IMG/VR virus record: IMGVR_UViG_2531839662_000023
Reading direction: 5' to 3' (one strand)
Origin: a virus
Taxonomy: Duplodnaviria > Heunggongvirae > Uroviricota > Caudoviricetes
DNA length: 26,750 bases
The notes below the pieces were generated by a model. That model did not search any database. It had not been told where the DNA came from and worked only from the letters and a program-made list of their open reading frames with translations. The translations under genes and the position numbers were made by a program. This document shows positions 1 to 8,348 of this stretch, in pieces (position 1 is the stretch's first letter; each line of letters begins with the position of its first letter).

Positions 1-1164
1 TTACGCCTTCTTTATATCCTCCATAATTTCAGAGTGGGACATATTTGGGACATTATCACCAAAAATGTCGTCTATTTTCCTCGCATGCTCTGTCAAATGA
101 TTAGGCGCAAGGTGAGCATACCTACGAACCATTTCTATGGACTCCCATCCGCCCATTTCCTGAAGCACTGATAATGGGACGCCTGACTGAATCAGCCAGC
201 TTGCCCAGGTGTGTCTGAGGTCATGGAAACGGAAATCTTCAATTCCTGCACGACGACAAGCTGATAGCCATGATGTCTTGCTGTCGATGCGCATCTTCCT
301 GACCGCAGGCGTTGATGTTCCATCTGCTCGCTTAGCCGCCTTGGTATGTACAAACACCCATTTGTGATGCTTGCCTATTTGATCACGCAACACTTTACAG
401 GCGGTATCGTTCAGCGCCACACCAATGGCGCGGTTTGATTTGCTCTCTTCTGGATTCACCCAGGCAACTCGTCGCTGCATGTCGATTTGTTGCCATTCCA
501 GATTTATGATGTTCGACTTTCTCAGACCAGTTGCCAGCGCAAACTTGACGACAGATTTCAGTGGTTCGGGGCACTCATCAATAAGGCGTTTTGCTTCCTC
601 CTTTTCCAGCCATCTGACTCGCTTGTTTCTGACCGCTGGTATCTTGATGACAGGCGCTTTTTCCAGCCACTTCCAGTCGCGTTCTGCAGCACGGAGAATG
701 GCCTTTATCATGGCAAGATGCTTTGCCTTTGTCTGAGTTGATACTGGCTTTGGTTCATAAACAGGCAGTTCTTTACCTTTCCTGATGGCGGCCTGAACTT
801 TCTGTTTCCATATTTCTTTCGTCTTTCTGTTATGCATTCTGCTTACAGCAGAGTAAATCTTTGCCTCCGAGATATCTTTAAGCCTTATACCCTCAAAATG
901 TTCAAGCCAGAACTCAATCCGGCTTTTATCTGAATCGAGAGATTTTTTATCAGCTTTTTCCTCAAGCCATCTTAGGCAGGCCTCTTCAAAAGTGACATCA
1001 GGTAAATCCCCTAGCTTTTCTACTCGCCAGAGTTCTGCTTTTCGCTTGTCGTGCAACTCCTGAGCTTGCCGCTTGTCCTTTGTGCCAAGAGATTCCTTAA
1101 TTCGTTTCCCGCCCGGGAGCGAATACGAGGCATACCATATTTCATTTCTGCGGAAGAGTGACAT
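1..1164 (-). CDS. intD: Phage integrase, tyrosine recombinase (DLP12 IntD-like)
   Basis: Complete 387-aa ORF with the C-terminal catalytic motif [10 protein letters not shown]...RYAHL typical of tyrosine recombinases. Sequence recalled as DLP12 integrase. The stop codon is at position 1-3, so the att site lies outside the window. Confidence 0.9.
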
Positions 1165-1391
1165 TTTCTTTCCTCTGTTATGCCATCACCCGCGCTCACC
1201 TGGACAGTATGCAGCGGAGACTGAAGCGCCGCAATGCAGGCTTGCCGTGTTGTGAGGTAAGGAGATTTTGGCTTGGTTGGATCTTTACGTGTTGCCTGTA
1301 GGCGGCCTGTTCGTATCCAGTTGGTGGCGGTTGGTCTGGATATCTTAAGAAACTGACAGGCCTCATCGAGTGTGAGGCTGTATGATTCCAT
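1020..1391 (-). CDS. xisD: Excisionase-like, AlpA-type HTH protein; possibly degenerate
   Basis: Internal Met at 1391 begins [31 protein letters not shown], an AlpA/Xis-like HTH. The ORF runs about 145 nt into the integrase start, which is unusually long for an excisionase and suggests loss of the original stop. Confidence 0.45.
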
Positions 1392-1641
1392 GGTTACCTC
1401 TGCTTTTTGAACGCATGTCACGTAACTTCTTAATGTGTTCTGCCGTTTCGATCTCTTCTGCTATCCGATCTGCATCAGCTTTATTCACAGGTTCAAAGTC
1501 ATGATTAAAGCGGAACATGCTGGCGATACATGTTCTGCCTTTTCGGATGTAGTGAACTTTGTTGTGGGTAGAACGCAGGATTTTGCAGGGAGTGCCGTGG
1601 TGGTCGACGTACCAGGTGTTAGGAAAAATGATTCTGAACAT
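1363..1641 (-). CDS. Hypothetical early-left protein
   Basis: 92-aa ORF on the same strand as int/xis, located where lambdoid phages carry ea-type accessory genes. No family recognised with confidence. Confidence 0.3.
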   Translation of the reverse strand: MFRIIFPNTWYVDHHGTPCKILRSTHNKVHYIRKGRTCIASMFRFNHDFEPVNKADADRIAEEIETAEHIKKLRDMRSKSRGNHGIIQPHTR

Positions 1642-1804
1642 TTTTACACCTCAGTTGGACGATGTTGAAATTTGCTGCTTTGGCTAACGTATGAAATTCT
1701 TCGTCTGTTTCTACTGGTATTGGCACAAACCTGACTCCAATTTGAGCAAGGCTATGTGCCATCTCAATACTCGTTCTTAACTCAACAGGAGATGCTTTGT
1801 GCAT
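1619..1804 (-). CDS. Hypothetical small protein
   Basis: 61-aa ORF co-oriented with the early-left operon, ending just before the IS insertion. Weak support. Confidence 0.2.
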   Translation of the reverse strand: MHKASPVELRTSIEMAHSLAQIGVRFVPIPVETDEEFHTLAKAANFNIVQLRCKNVQNHFS

Positions 1805-1980
1805 ACCGCCTCCCGTTTATTATTTATCTTCTCAGCCAGCCGCTGTGCTTTCAGTGGATTTCTGATAACAGAAAGGCCGGGAAATACCCAGCCTCGCTTT
1901 GTAACGGAGTAGACGAAAGTGATCGCGCCTACCCGGATTGAACCGCCCCGGGTTTCCTGGAGAGTGTTTTATCTGTGAAC

Positions 1981-2871
1981 TCAGGCTGCCAGATCATTGT
2001 TTCCGATGGAAGCATAATAAGCTTTTTCTGCTTCTGCCGGAGGAGTATGGCCCAGCCTTCCCAGCAATCGTCGATTGTTATACCAGTCCACCCACGTTAG
2101 TGTGGCCAGTTCCACTTCTGCACGGTTTTTCCAGCTCTTACGGTGTATTACCTCCGCTTTGTAAAGACCATTGATGCTCTCAGCCATCGCGTTGTCATAC
2201 GAGTCGCCTGTACTCCCTGTTGATGCCAGTAATCCGGCTTCTTTTAGTCGCTCCGTATAGGCCAGTGACACATACTGAGAGCCTTTATCGCTGTGATGGA
2301 TGGTGCCAGACGGACGACGGGCCCACAACGCCTGCTCCAGCGCATCCAGCACGAATGTCGTTTCCATAGACGATGAGACCCGCCACCCCACGATGTATCC
2401 GGCAAACACATCAATGATGAACGCCACATAGACGAAGCCCCGCCATGTGCTGACGTAAGTAAAATCAGCCACCCACAGCTGGTCAGGTCGTTCTGCCACG
2501 AACTGACGGTTTACGCGGTCGCCTGCGGCAACGGCTTTCCGGCTGATGGTCGTACGGACCTTTTTACCCCGGAGAACACCGGCAAGTCCCATAACCGCCA
2601 TGAGGCGCGCCACTGTACATCTGGCCACCCTGATTCCTTCCCGTAACAACTGACGCCAGACTTTACGCACACCGTACACCTGATGATTTTCATCGTATAC
2701 GCGCTGTATCTCTCTCTTCAGCCAGTCATCGTGCTGCGCACGGGCACTGCGTTTATCCGGATGATGTCGCTGTTGCTGACAATGGTAATACGTTGACGGG
2801 GCAATATGCAGTTCGCTGCATACCGGTCCGACCCCGTACTGCTCACGCAGCTTATCCAGCAGTGGCATCAT
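1981..2871 (-). CDS. IS3-family transposase OrfB (DDE integrase core)
   Basis: 296 aa with an rve-type DDE region (WVADFTYV...HHSDKGSQY...[10 protein letters not shown]). Overlaps orfA by 4 nt, the usual arrangement for programmed frameshifting in this family. Confidence 0.85.
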   Translation of the reverse strand: MMPLLDKLREQYGVGPVCSELHIAPSTYYHCQQQRHHPDKRSARAQHDDWLKREIQRVYDENHQVYGVRKVWRQLLREGIRVARCTVARLMAVMGLAGVLRGKKVRTTISRKAVAAGDRVNRQFVAERPDQLWVADFTYVSTWRGFVYVAFIIDVFAGYIVGWRVSSSMETTFVLDALEQALWARRPSGTIHHSDKGSQYVSLAYTERLKEAGLLASTGSTGDSYDNAMAESINGLYKAEVIHRKSWKNRAEVELATLTWVDWYNNRRLLGRLGHTPPAEAEKAYYASIGNNDLAA

Positions 2872-3194
2872 TTTTTCCAGAGGCGGTCGAACTCCGCCTT
2901 CGCAAAATAAGCGGAAGCCTGGCGAAGGATATCGTTACTGCGGCGCAGTTCACGATTTTCACGTTCCAGCTCTTTCAGACGCTGACGTTCAGCGCTGGTG
3001 AGCCCACCATCACCGCCCCCGGTATCCCGCTCATGCTGGCGAACCCAGACACGCAGAGTCTCCGGCGTACAGCCAATCTTTGGGGCAATGGAACAAATTG
3101 CCGCCCACTGTGAGTCATATTCATCCTGACTTTCCAGAACCATACGAATCGCCCGCTGACGGACTTCGGGGGAAAAACGAGTATTTTTAGTCAT
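2868..3194 (-). CDS. IS3-family transposase OrfA (HTH)
   Basis: 108 aa beginning [22 protein letters not shown] with a leucine-zipper-like C-terminus ([27 protein letters not shown]). Recalled as IS629/IS1203-type OrfA. Confidence 0.85.
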   Translation of the reverse strand: MTKNTRFSPEVRQRAIRMVLESQDEYDSQWAAICSIAPKIGCTPETLRVWVRQHERDTGGGDGGLTSAERQRLKELERENRELRRSNDILRQASAYFAKAEFDRLWKK

Positions 3195-3268
3195 CCTGTT
3201 TACCTCTTTCTCAGGGAGTTTAGTCTCCAGGATTTCCGGGGCGGTTCAGATATTATCGTGAGGATGCG

Positions 3269-3949
3269 TCATCGCCATTGCTCCCCAAATACAAAACCAA
3301 TTTCAGCCAGTGCCTCGTCCATTTTTTCGATGAACTCCGGCACCATCTCGTCAAAACTCGCCATGTACTTTTCATTCCGCTCAATCACGACATAATGCAG
3401 GCCTTCACGCTTCATGCGCGGGTCATAGTTGGCAAAGTACCAGGCATCTTTTCGCGTCACCCACATGCTGTACTGCACCTGGGCCATGTAAGCCGATTTT
3501 ATTGCCTCGAAACCACCGAGCCGGAATTTCATGAAATCCCGGGAGGTAAACGGGCATTTCAGTTCAAGGCCGTTGCCGTCACTGCATAAACCATCGGGAG
3601 AGCAGGCGGTGCGCATACTTTCGTCGCGATAGATGATCGGGGATTCAGTAATATTCACGCCGGAAGTGAATTCAAACAGGGTTCTGGCGTCGTTCTCGTA
3701 CTGTTTTCCCCAGGCCAGCGCCTTAGCATTAACTTCCGGAGCCACACCGGTGCAAACCTCAGCCAGCAGGGTGTGGAAGTAGGACATTTTCATGTCAGGC
3801 CACTTCTTTCCTGAGCGGGGCTTTGCTATCACGTTGTGAACTTCTGAAGCGGTGATGACGCCGAGCCGTAATTTGTGCCATGCATCATCCCCCTGTTCGA
3901 CAGCTCTCACGTCGATCCCGGTACGCTGCAGGATAATGTCCGGTATCAT
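3269..3949 (-). CDS. exo: Lambda-type 5'-3' exonuclease (Red alpha)
   Basis: 226 aa, near-identical by recall to lambda Exo ([40 protein letters not shown]...GEQWR). Appears intact. Confidence 0.9.
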   Translation of the reverse strand: MIPDIILQRTGIDVRAVEQGDDAWHKLRLGVITASEVHNVIAKPRSGKKWPDMKMSYFHTLLAEVCTGVAPEVNAKALAWGKQYENDARTLFEFTSGVNITESPIIYRDESMRTACSPDGLCSDGNGLELKCPFTSRDFMKFRLGGFEAIKSAYMAQVQYSMWVTRKDAWYFANYDPRMKREGLHYVVIERNEKYMASFDEMVPEFIEKMDEALAEIGFVFGEQWR

Positions 3950-4326
3950 GCTGCCACCTTCTGCTCAGTGGCTTTCTGTTTCAGGAATCCAAGAGCTTTC
4001 ACTGCTTCGGCCTGTGTCAGTTCTGACGATGCGCGAATGTCGCGGCGAAATATCTGGGAACAGAGCGGCAATAAGTCGTCATCCCATGTTTTATCCAGGG
4101 CGATCAGCAGAGTGTTAATCTCCTGCATGGTTTCATCGTTAATGGCTTTTTTGCTGGCCCCGTGGCGTTGCAAATGATCGATGCATAGCGATTCAAACAG
4201 GTGCTGGGGCAGGCCTTTTTCCATGTCGTCTGCCAGTTCTGCCTCTTTCTCTTCACGGGCGATCTGCTGGTAGTAACGCGCCCAGCTCTGAGCCTCAAGA
4301 CGATCCTGAATGTAATAAGCGTTCAT
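3946..4326 (-). pseudogene. In-frame fusion of gam N-terminus to bet C-terminus
   Basis: Residues 1-60 match lambda GamS ([17 protein letters not shown]...[10 protein letters not shown]). Residues 61-126 match the lambda Bet C-terminus ([57 protein letters not shown]). Overlaps the exo start by 4 nt, as bet does in lambda. Confidence 0.7.
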
Positions 4327-4401
4327 GGCTGAACTCCTGAAAATGGCTGTGAAAATATCGCCCGCGAAATGCCAGGCTGATTAGGAAAACAGGAAAGGGG
4401 A

Positions 4402-4692
4402 TTAGCGATTCAGGCCGTTACCGCGTCCGTCGAGAAAAACTTCCACGAGCAAATCACGGGTATAAGTGCGCTCGATGCCGCGATGCAGATAAAGCCGTCC
4501 GCGTAAATTAGCTGATGCAGTCCAGGTACCATCTTTGTGTTTGACCAGCATTCCTGGCATGACCGCACCTCGATTAACGGTCTGCGTTCCGTAATGTTGA
4601 TGAACCATAAAAACTCCTGCCCGTAAGCTGGGCTGCTGAACATATAGAGACTTCTGCGCGTATTCAGGCGGTGGATGGCCGCCGGTTGTCAT
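4402..4692 (-). CDS. Hypothetical protein at the kil/cIII position; start uncertain
   Basis: Open frame ends 76 bp upstream of the gam start. Candidate starts are ATG at 4692 (GAGG about 10 nt upstream) and ATG at 4608 (AGGAG 5 nt upstream). The 136-aa track ORF begins at a TTG. No family recognised. Confidence 0.3.
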   Translation of the reverse strand: MTTGGHPPPEYAQKSLYVQQPSLRAGVFMVHQHYGTQTVNRGAVMPGMLVKHKDGTWTASANLRGRLYLHRGIERTYTRDLLVEVFLDGRGNGLNR

Positions 4693-4885
4693 AACTAAGC
4701 CGCCTCGTTGAAGCGACTGAGGTATAAAGTGTTGTGTTGATTTCAGCTGGTCACACCGACGTTCACGCGTCCGTTTCACCCCTCGCACTCCCCGAAGCCT
4801 GCTGAAATTCAAACTGCGGATCTAAGCGGTCATCGCAACGGTGAAACAGGTGGTTACCGTATCGTTGTGTCGTTGCGATGAATTT

Positions 4886-4940
4886 ATTTAAAACTATAGT
4901 TGTTTTATCGTCAACAACAAAAGTTGTTTTATCGGTTGTT
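4886..4940 (-). promoter_or_regulatory. Candidate early-left promoter/operator (pL/oL-like)
   Basis: Cluster of GTTGTT/AACAAC hexamers (GTTGTT 4899-4904, AACAAC 4913-4918, GTTGTT 4923-4928 and 4935-4940) resembling the half-sites of the OR palindrome at 6430-6454. Minus-strand -35-like TTGTTG and -10-like TATAGT overlap them. Confidence 0.3.
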
Positions 4941-5049
4941 TTAAATATAACTGGTTGTATTTAGGATGGATTTATTTTGTGACTTGCATCGCATAGCGAT
5001 AACTGAAGTGAGGTGTGGTGGTTTTTTGGACGGTATGAGTTATGAGGGG

Positions 5050-5082
5050 GAGGAAAAGAAAACCCGGCGCGGTTGCCGGGTA
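5050..5082 (-). terminator. Rho-independent terminator downstream of the lipoprotein gene
   Basis: GC stem CCCGGC(5063-5068)/GCCGGG(5075-5080), followed on the minus strand by TTTTCTTTTCC, immediately 3' of the stop at 5089. Confidence 0.5.
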
Positions 5083-5088
5083 TGATTA

Positions 5089-5469
5089 TCAGTCAGCCCA
5101 ACCTGATTTCGAGTTTATTTGGGTTTCTGACATTGTGTATTTCTTAATCGTGTCATCGTTAAAAAGAATAGTAAGTTCTTTTTTCGTACCGTTCGTTCCG
5201 TTATGGAATAATCCATAGAATGGAATAAAAGTGGTGCCATTAACTTTTACTTTTGCAAAGGCGTACTTCCAGATCTCCTTTCCACTGTCAGTATATGAAA
5301 CAGCATCAGGAGAACCAAAGTAAGATTTAACCTCATTCTTGGTTGTTTTACCTTCCTGAAGTTTAGACTGGACACTAATTTCAGTTTCATTTTTGAGTTG
5401 CTGGTTGCCTGAAGAAGCACACCCAGCCAATACAGATGCCATCATGGCAGCGATTAGGATTTTTCTCAT
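5089..5469 (-). CDS. Predicted lipoprotein, BamE/SmpA-OmlA-like fold
   Basis: 126 aa with signal peptide and lipobox MRKILIAAMMASVLAG-C. Mature region resembles the BamE fold (KLQEGKTTKNEVKSYFGSPD...WKYAF...LTILFNDD). Sits between cI and the early-left genes, where lambda carries rexAB. Confidence 0.6.
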   Translation of the reverse strand: MRKILIAAMMASVLAGCASSGNQQLKNETEISVQSKLQEGKTTKNEVKSYFGSPDAVSYTDSGKEIWKYAFAKVKVNGTTFIPFYGLFHNGTNGTKKELTILFNDDTIKKYTMSETQINSKSGWAD

Positions 5470-5698
5470 TTTATGTTTCCATTCATTATAATCAGAAACA
5501 TCTTAACATAATGATTCGAAATAAAAACCGCTACGAGATAGGGAGACATTTTGCTGACAGTAGCAACAAATCTCAGCTAACAACGAGAATATTTACTGAA
5601 ATATGCAAACAGATTTGGCGTTCTTATAGAGAATTTAGTGCAATATCTAATCCGAGTGGTATAAACCTTAACCTTCGCTCCCTTAAGTCGTAGATAAA

Positions 5699-6388
5699 TT
5701 AACCATGCTTCCTGTACGTCTGCGGCATGCTTCCAATGACCTTACCGAATATGAACACCCGGTTCATCTCGTCTTTCTCGATCGGGTCCCACGGCGAGTA
5801 GCTCTTGTTATCAGAGATAACCAGCAGCTTATCCTTCATCATTTGAAGACGTTTTACATGGGCAGTGTCGTCGTACAGAAACGCATAGATGCCATCACCG
5901 TCGAAAGATTTAACAGTGATATCAACGAACAGCAGGTCACCTGGTTCGATCGTCCCTGACATGCTGTCACCTCGCACGTTAATGATGCGGATATTTTCCG
6001 CCTTCCTGCCATCGAACATGTGACGAGCATCGTCAAACGAGTACTCAACCGAGCGTAGAACTTCTACAAACTCACGGTTGATTACACCTGGCCCGGCACT
6101 GACTTCTATATCAAGAACGTCAATTTTGAAGTATTTGGAATGGCTGACAGTTGATTGTATTGGTTGCACTGTACTGTCTGACATATTTCCAACGCCAGAA
6201 GATAACCATTCTGCGCGTACACCCAAAGCGTTCGCGATCTCCACGATTTTAGTTGTTTGGTTAGCTTTCCCTGTTTCGATTTTCTGAATAGCAGCCTGGC
6301 TAACCCCGACCAAATCCCCAAGCGCCTTTTGTGTAAGGCCTCGCGCTAATCTGGCTTCTTTAAGTCTTTCTGAGAGTGTTGTTTTCAT
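5699..6388 (-). CDS. cI: CI-type phage repressor (HTH_XRE plus S24 LexA-like peptidase)
   Basis: 229 aa. N-terminal HTH (LTQKALGDLVGVSQAAIQKIETGK) and C-terminal S24 autoproteolysis domain (GDSMSGTIEPGDLLFVD...KRL). Divergent from the cro-like gene. Confidence 0.85.
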   Translation of the reverse strand: MKTTLSERLKEARLARGLTQKALGDLVGVSQAAIQKIETGKANQTTKIVEIANALGVRAEWLSSGVGNMSDSTVQPIQSTVSHSKYFKIDVLDIEVSAGPGVINREFVEVLRSVEYSFDDARHMFDGRKAENIRIINVRGDSMSGTIEPGDLLFVDITVKSFDGDGIYAFLYDDTAHVKRLQMMKDKLLVISDNKSYSPWDPIEKDEMNRVFIFGKVIGSMPQTYRKHG

Positions 6389-6429
6389 AGATCAAATGTA
6401 CAACCAAGGTTTTATTTCATCAAACGAAA

Positions 6430-6454
6430 ATGGTTGTTGACTAAAAACAACCAT
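6430..6454. promoter_or_regulatory. OR operator: 25-bp perfect palindrome overlapping the rightward promoter
   Basis: ATGGTTGTT-gactaaa-AACAACCAT is a perfect inverted repeat. The -35-like TTGACT (6437-6442) lies inside it and a GGAGG RBS precedes cro at 6493. Confidence 0.55.
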
Positions 6455-6492
6455 AGTTTTAATCTTGATTCGGATTAACCACGGAGGTTGTT

Positions 6493-6723
6493 ATGAACCC
6501 AGCAATCAAAACAGCGATCAATATCGTTGGTTCACAAAAGAAACTAGGCGATGCCTGCGAAGTTTCACAGCAGGCCGTCTATAAGTGGCTTCACAACAAA
6601 GCAAAGGTATCCCCTGAACATGTCGGCAGCATTGTTACGGCTACTGGTGGAGTTGTGAAGGCATACCAGATTCGCCCGGATCTTCCGAAGTTGTTTCCAC
6701 ACACCGAAAAGAACGCAGCTTAA
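6493..6723 (+). CDS. Cro-like HTH regulator (YdaS-type)
   Basis: 76-aa ORF transcribed divergently from cI across the operator region, with an HTH-like segment (ACEVSQQAVYKWLHNK). Position and size fit Cro. Confidence 0.7.
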   Translation: MNPAIKTAINIVGSQKKLGDACEVSQQAVYKWLHNKAKVSPEHVGSIVTATGGVVKAYQIRPDLPKLFPHTEKNAA

Positions 6724-6792
6724 ATTTCCATTTCACGCTCTTTAACAATAAGCAATCAACTTAACAGTCAATTCAAACTAAAGGAGTCAATT

Positions 6793-7332
6793 ATGCAACC
6801 ACTTACATACCAACAGACTAGCGGATTTATTCCGACTGCGGTGATAAATCGTTCTCAAACAAAACAAGCTCCAGGCCACGAAAAAATCCGTGATGCCGTC
6901 CGCGCCTGGTCGGCTGTAGATAATCAGGATGTCGTTGCCGCACTCATTGTGAATGAGTATCGGGAGCAGGGCGACGGCACCATCGATTTCCCTGATGATG
7001 TCAGCCGTGCACGCCAGAAGCTGTTCCGCTTCCTCGATAACAAATTCGATTCTGAAAAATACCGAAATAACGTGCGTGAACTGACCCCGGCAATTCTGGC
7101 GGTACTACCGCTGGAATATCGCGGTTACCTGGTTGAGCAGGATAGCTTCATGACTCGGTTGGCTGAAATGGAAAAGGAACTCAGTGAGGCAAAACAGGCT
7201 GTCATTCTCAACGCACCACGCCACCAGAAACTGAAGGAAATGAGTGAAGGTATTGTGTCGATGTTTCGTGTGGACCCGGATCTGGCTGGTCCATTAATGG
7301 CGATGGTGACCACCATGCTGGGGGCAATATGA
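6793..7332 (+). CDS. YdaT-like protein (CII-position regulator)
   Basis: 179 aa immediately downstream of the cro-like gene. The motif LTPAILAVLPLEYR resembles Rac YdaT as recalled. Confidence 0.5.
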   Translation: MQPLTYQQTSGFIPTAVINRSQTKQAPGHEKIRDAVRAWSAVDNQDVVAALIVNEYREQGDGTIDFPDDVSRARQKLFRFLDNKFDSEKYRNNVRELTPAILAVLPLEYRGYLVEQDSFMTRLAEMEKELSEAKQAVILNAPRHQKLKEMSEGIVSMFRVDPDLAGPLMAMVTTMLGAI

Positions 7333-7418
7333 CAGGTTCAGAAATGGCGAAAGTCGGTCTGCGGGAACAGAACCGACTTTCAGGTGCAAATCGTAACACA
7401 CTCATTGCGGGAGGAATT

Positions 7419-8348
7419 ATGGCAAACACTGCTGAGATATTCAATTTTCCAGTGCCGGATGCGGCACAAAAGGAGCCGCGCGTGGCAGATCTCGATGATG
7501 GTTATACGCGCATTGCAAATGAGTTGCTGGAAGCTGTGATGCTGGCCGGATTAACACAGCACCAGCTTCTGGTCTTCCTGGCTGTCATGCGCAAAACATA
7601 TGGCTTTAATAAAAGACTGGATTGGGTGAGCAACGAGCAACTTTCCGAATTGACCGGGATATTGCCGCACAAGTGTTCTGCTGCAAAAAGCGTTCTGGTA
7701 AAGCGTGGGATTCTTATTCAGAGCGGGCGAAATATCGGCATTAATAATGTGGTCAGTGAATGGTCAACATTACCCGAATCAGGTAAGAAAAATAAAGTTT
7801 ACCTGAAAGAGGTAAATTTACCTGAATCAGGTAAGAAAAGTTTACCCAAATCAGGTAAAGGCGTTTACCCGAATCAGGTAAACACAAAAGACAAACTAAC
7901 AAAAGACAATATAAAACCTTTTTCGTCCGAGAATTCTGGCGAATCCTCTGACCAGCCAGAAAACGACCTTCCTGTGGTGAAACCGGATGCTGCAATTCAG
8001 AGTGGCAGCAAGTGGGGGACAGCAGAAGACCTGACCGCCGCAGAGTGGATGTTTGACATGGTGAAGACCATCGCGCCATCAGCCAGAAAACCGAATTTTG
8101 CAGGGTGGGCTAACGATATCCGCCTGATGCGTGAACGTGACGGACGTAACCACCGCGACATGTGCGTGCTGTTCCGCTGGGCATGCCAGGACAACTTCTG
8201 GTCCGGTAACGTGCTGAGTCCGGCCAAACTCCGCGACAAGTGGACCCAGCTCGAAATCAACCGAAACAAGCAACAGGCTGGCGTGACAGCCGGCAAACCA
8301 AAACTCGACCTGACGAACACTGACTGGATTTACGGGGTGGATTTATGA
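7419..8348 (+). CDS. Replication initiator O (lambda O family)
   Basis: N-terminal domain resembles lambda O (RVADLDDGYTRIANELLEA...RKTYGFNK). Strong SD GGGAGG before the ATG at 7419. Stop overlaps the P start (ATGA). The 339-aa track ORF has a non-homologous upstream extension. Confidence 0.85.
   Translation: MANTAEIFNFPVPDAAQKEPRVADLDDGYTRIANELLEAVMLAGLTQHQLLVFLAVMRKTYGFNKRLDWVSNEQLSELTGILPHKCSAAKSVLVKRGILIQSGRNIGINNVVSEWSTLPESGKKNKVYLKEVNLPESGKKSLPKSGKGVYPNQVNTKDKLTKDNIKPFSSENSGESSDQPENDLPVVKPDAAIQSGSKWGTAEDLTAAEWMFDMVKTIAPSARKPNFAGWANDIRLMRERDGRNHRDMCVLFRWACQDNFWSGNVLSPAKLRDKWTQLEINRNKQQAGVTAGKPKLDLTNTDWIYGVDL
7769..7881. repeat. Origin iterons inside O (ori-lambda-like)
   Basis: Five 18-bp repeats of TTTACCYRAATCAGGTAA (one degenerate) starting at 7769, 7798, 7817, 7841 and 7864. 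Each holds an internal TTACC/GGTAA inverted repeat. An A-rich tract follows at 7880-7925. Confidence 0.6.

Larger units (their letters stand above)
1939..3248 (-). mobile_element. IS3-family insertion sequence, IS629-like, 1310 bp
   Basis: Imperfect terminal inverted repeats: TGAACCGCCCCGGGTTTCCTGGAGAG at 1939 and its counterpart TGAACCGCCCCGGAAATCCTGGAGAC read from 3248 on the other strand. Flanked by a 3-bp direct repeat GAT (1936-1938 and 3249-3251). Contains overlapping orfA/orfB. Confidence 0.8.

Noticed and set aside
425-741. Two plus-strand ORFs of 103 and 84 aa
   Set aside because: Both are antisense within the integrase gene.
4402-4812. Full 136-aa ORF with an Arg-rich N-terminus as an N-type antiterminator
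   Set aside because: The frame opens at a TTG with no SD, no boxA-like motif was found in the leader, and the Arg-rich stretch could be chance. Only the shorter ATG-initiated versions are retained, at low confidence.
7770-7881. Possible CRISPR-like array from regularly spaced repeats
   Set aside because: Repeats are only 18 bp, lie inside the O coding frame and match the lambdoid ori iteron layout. No cas genes or leader are present.
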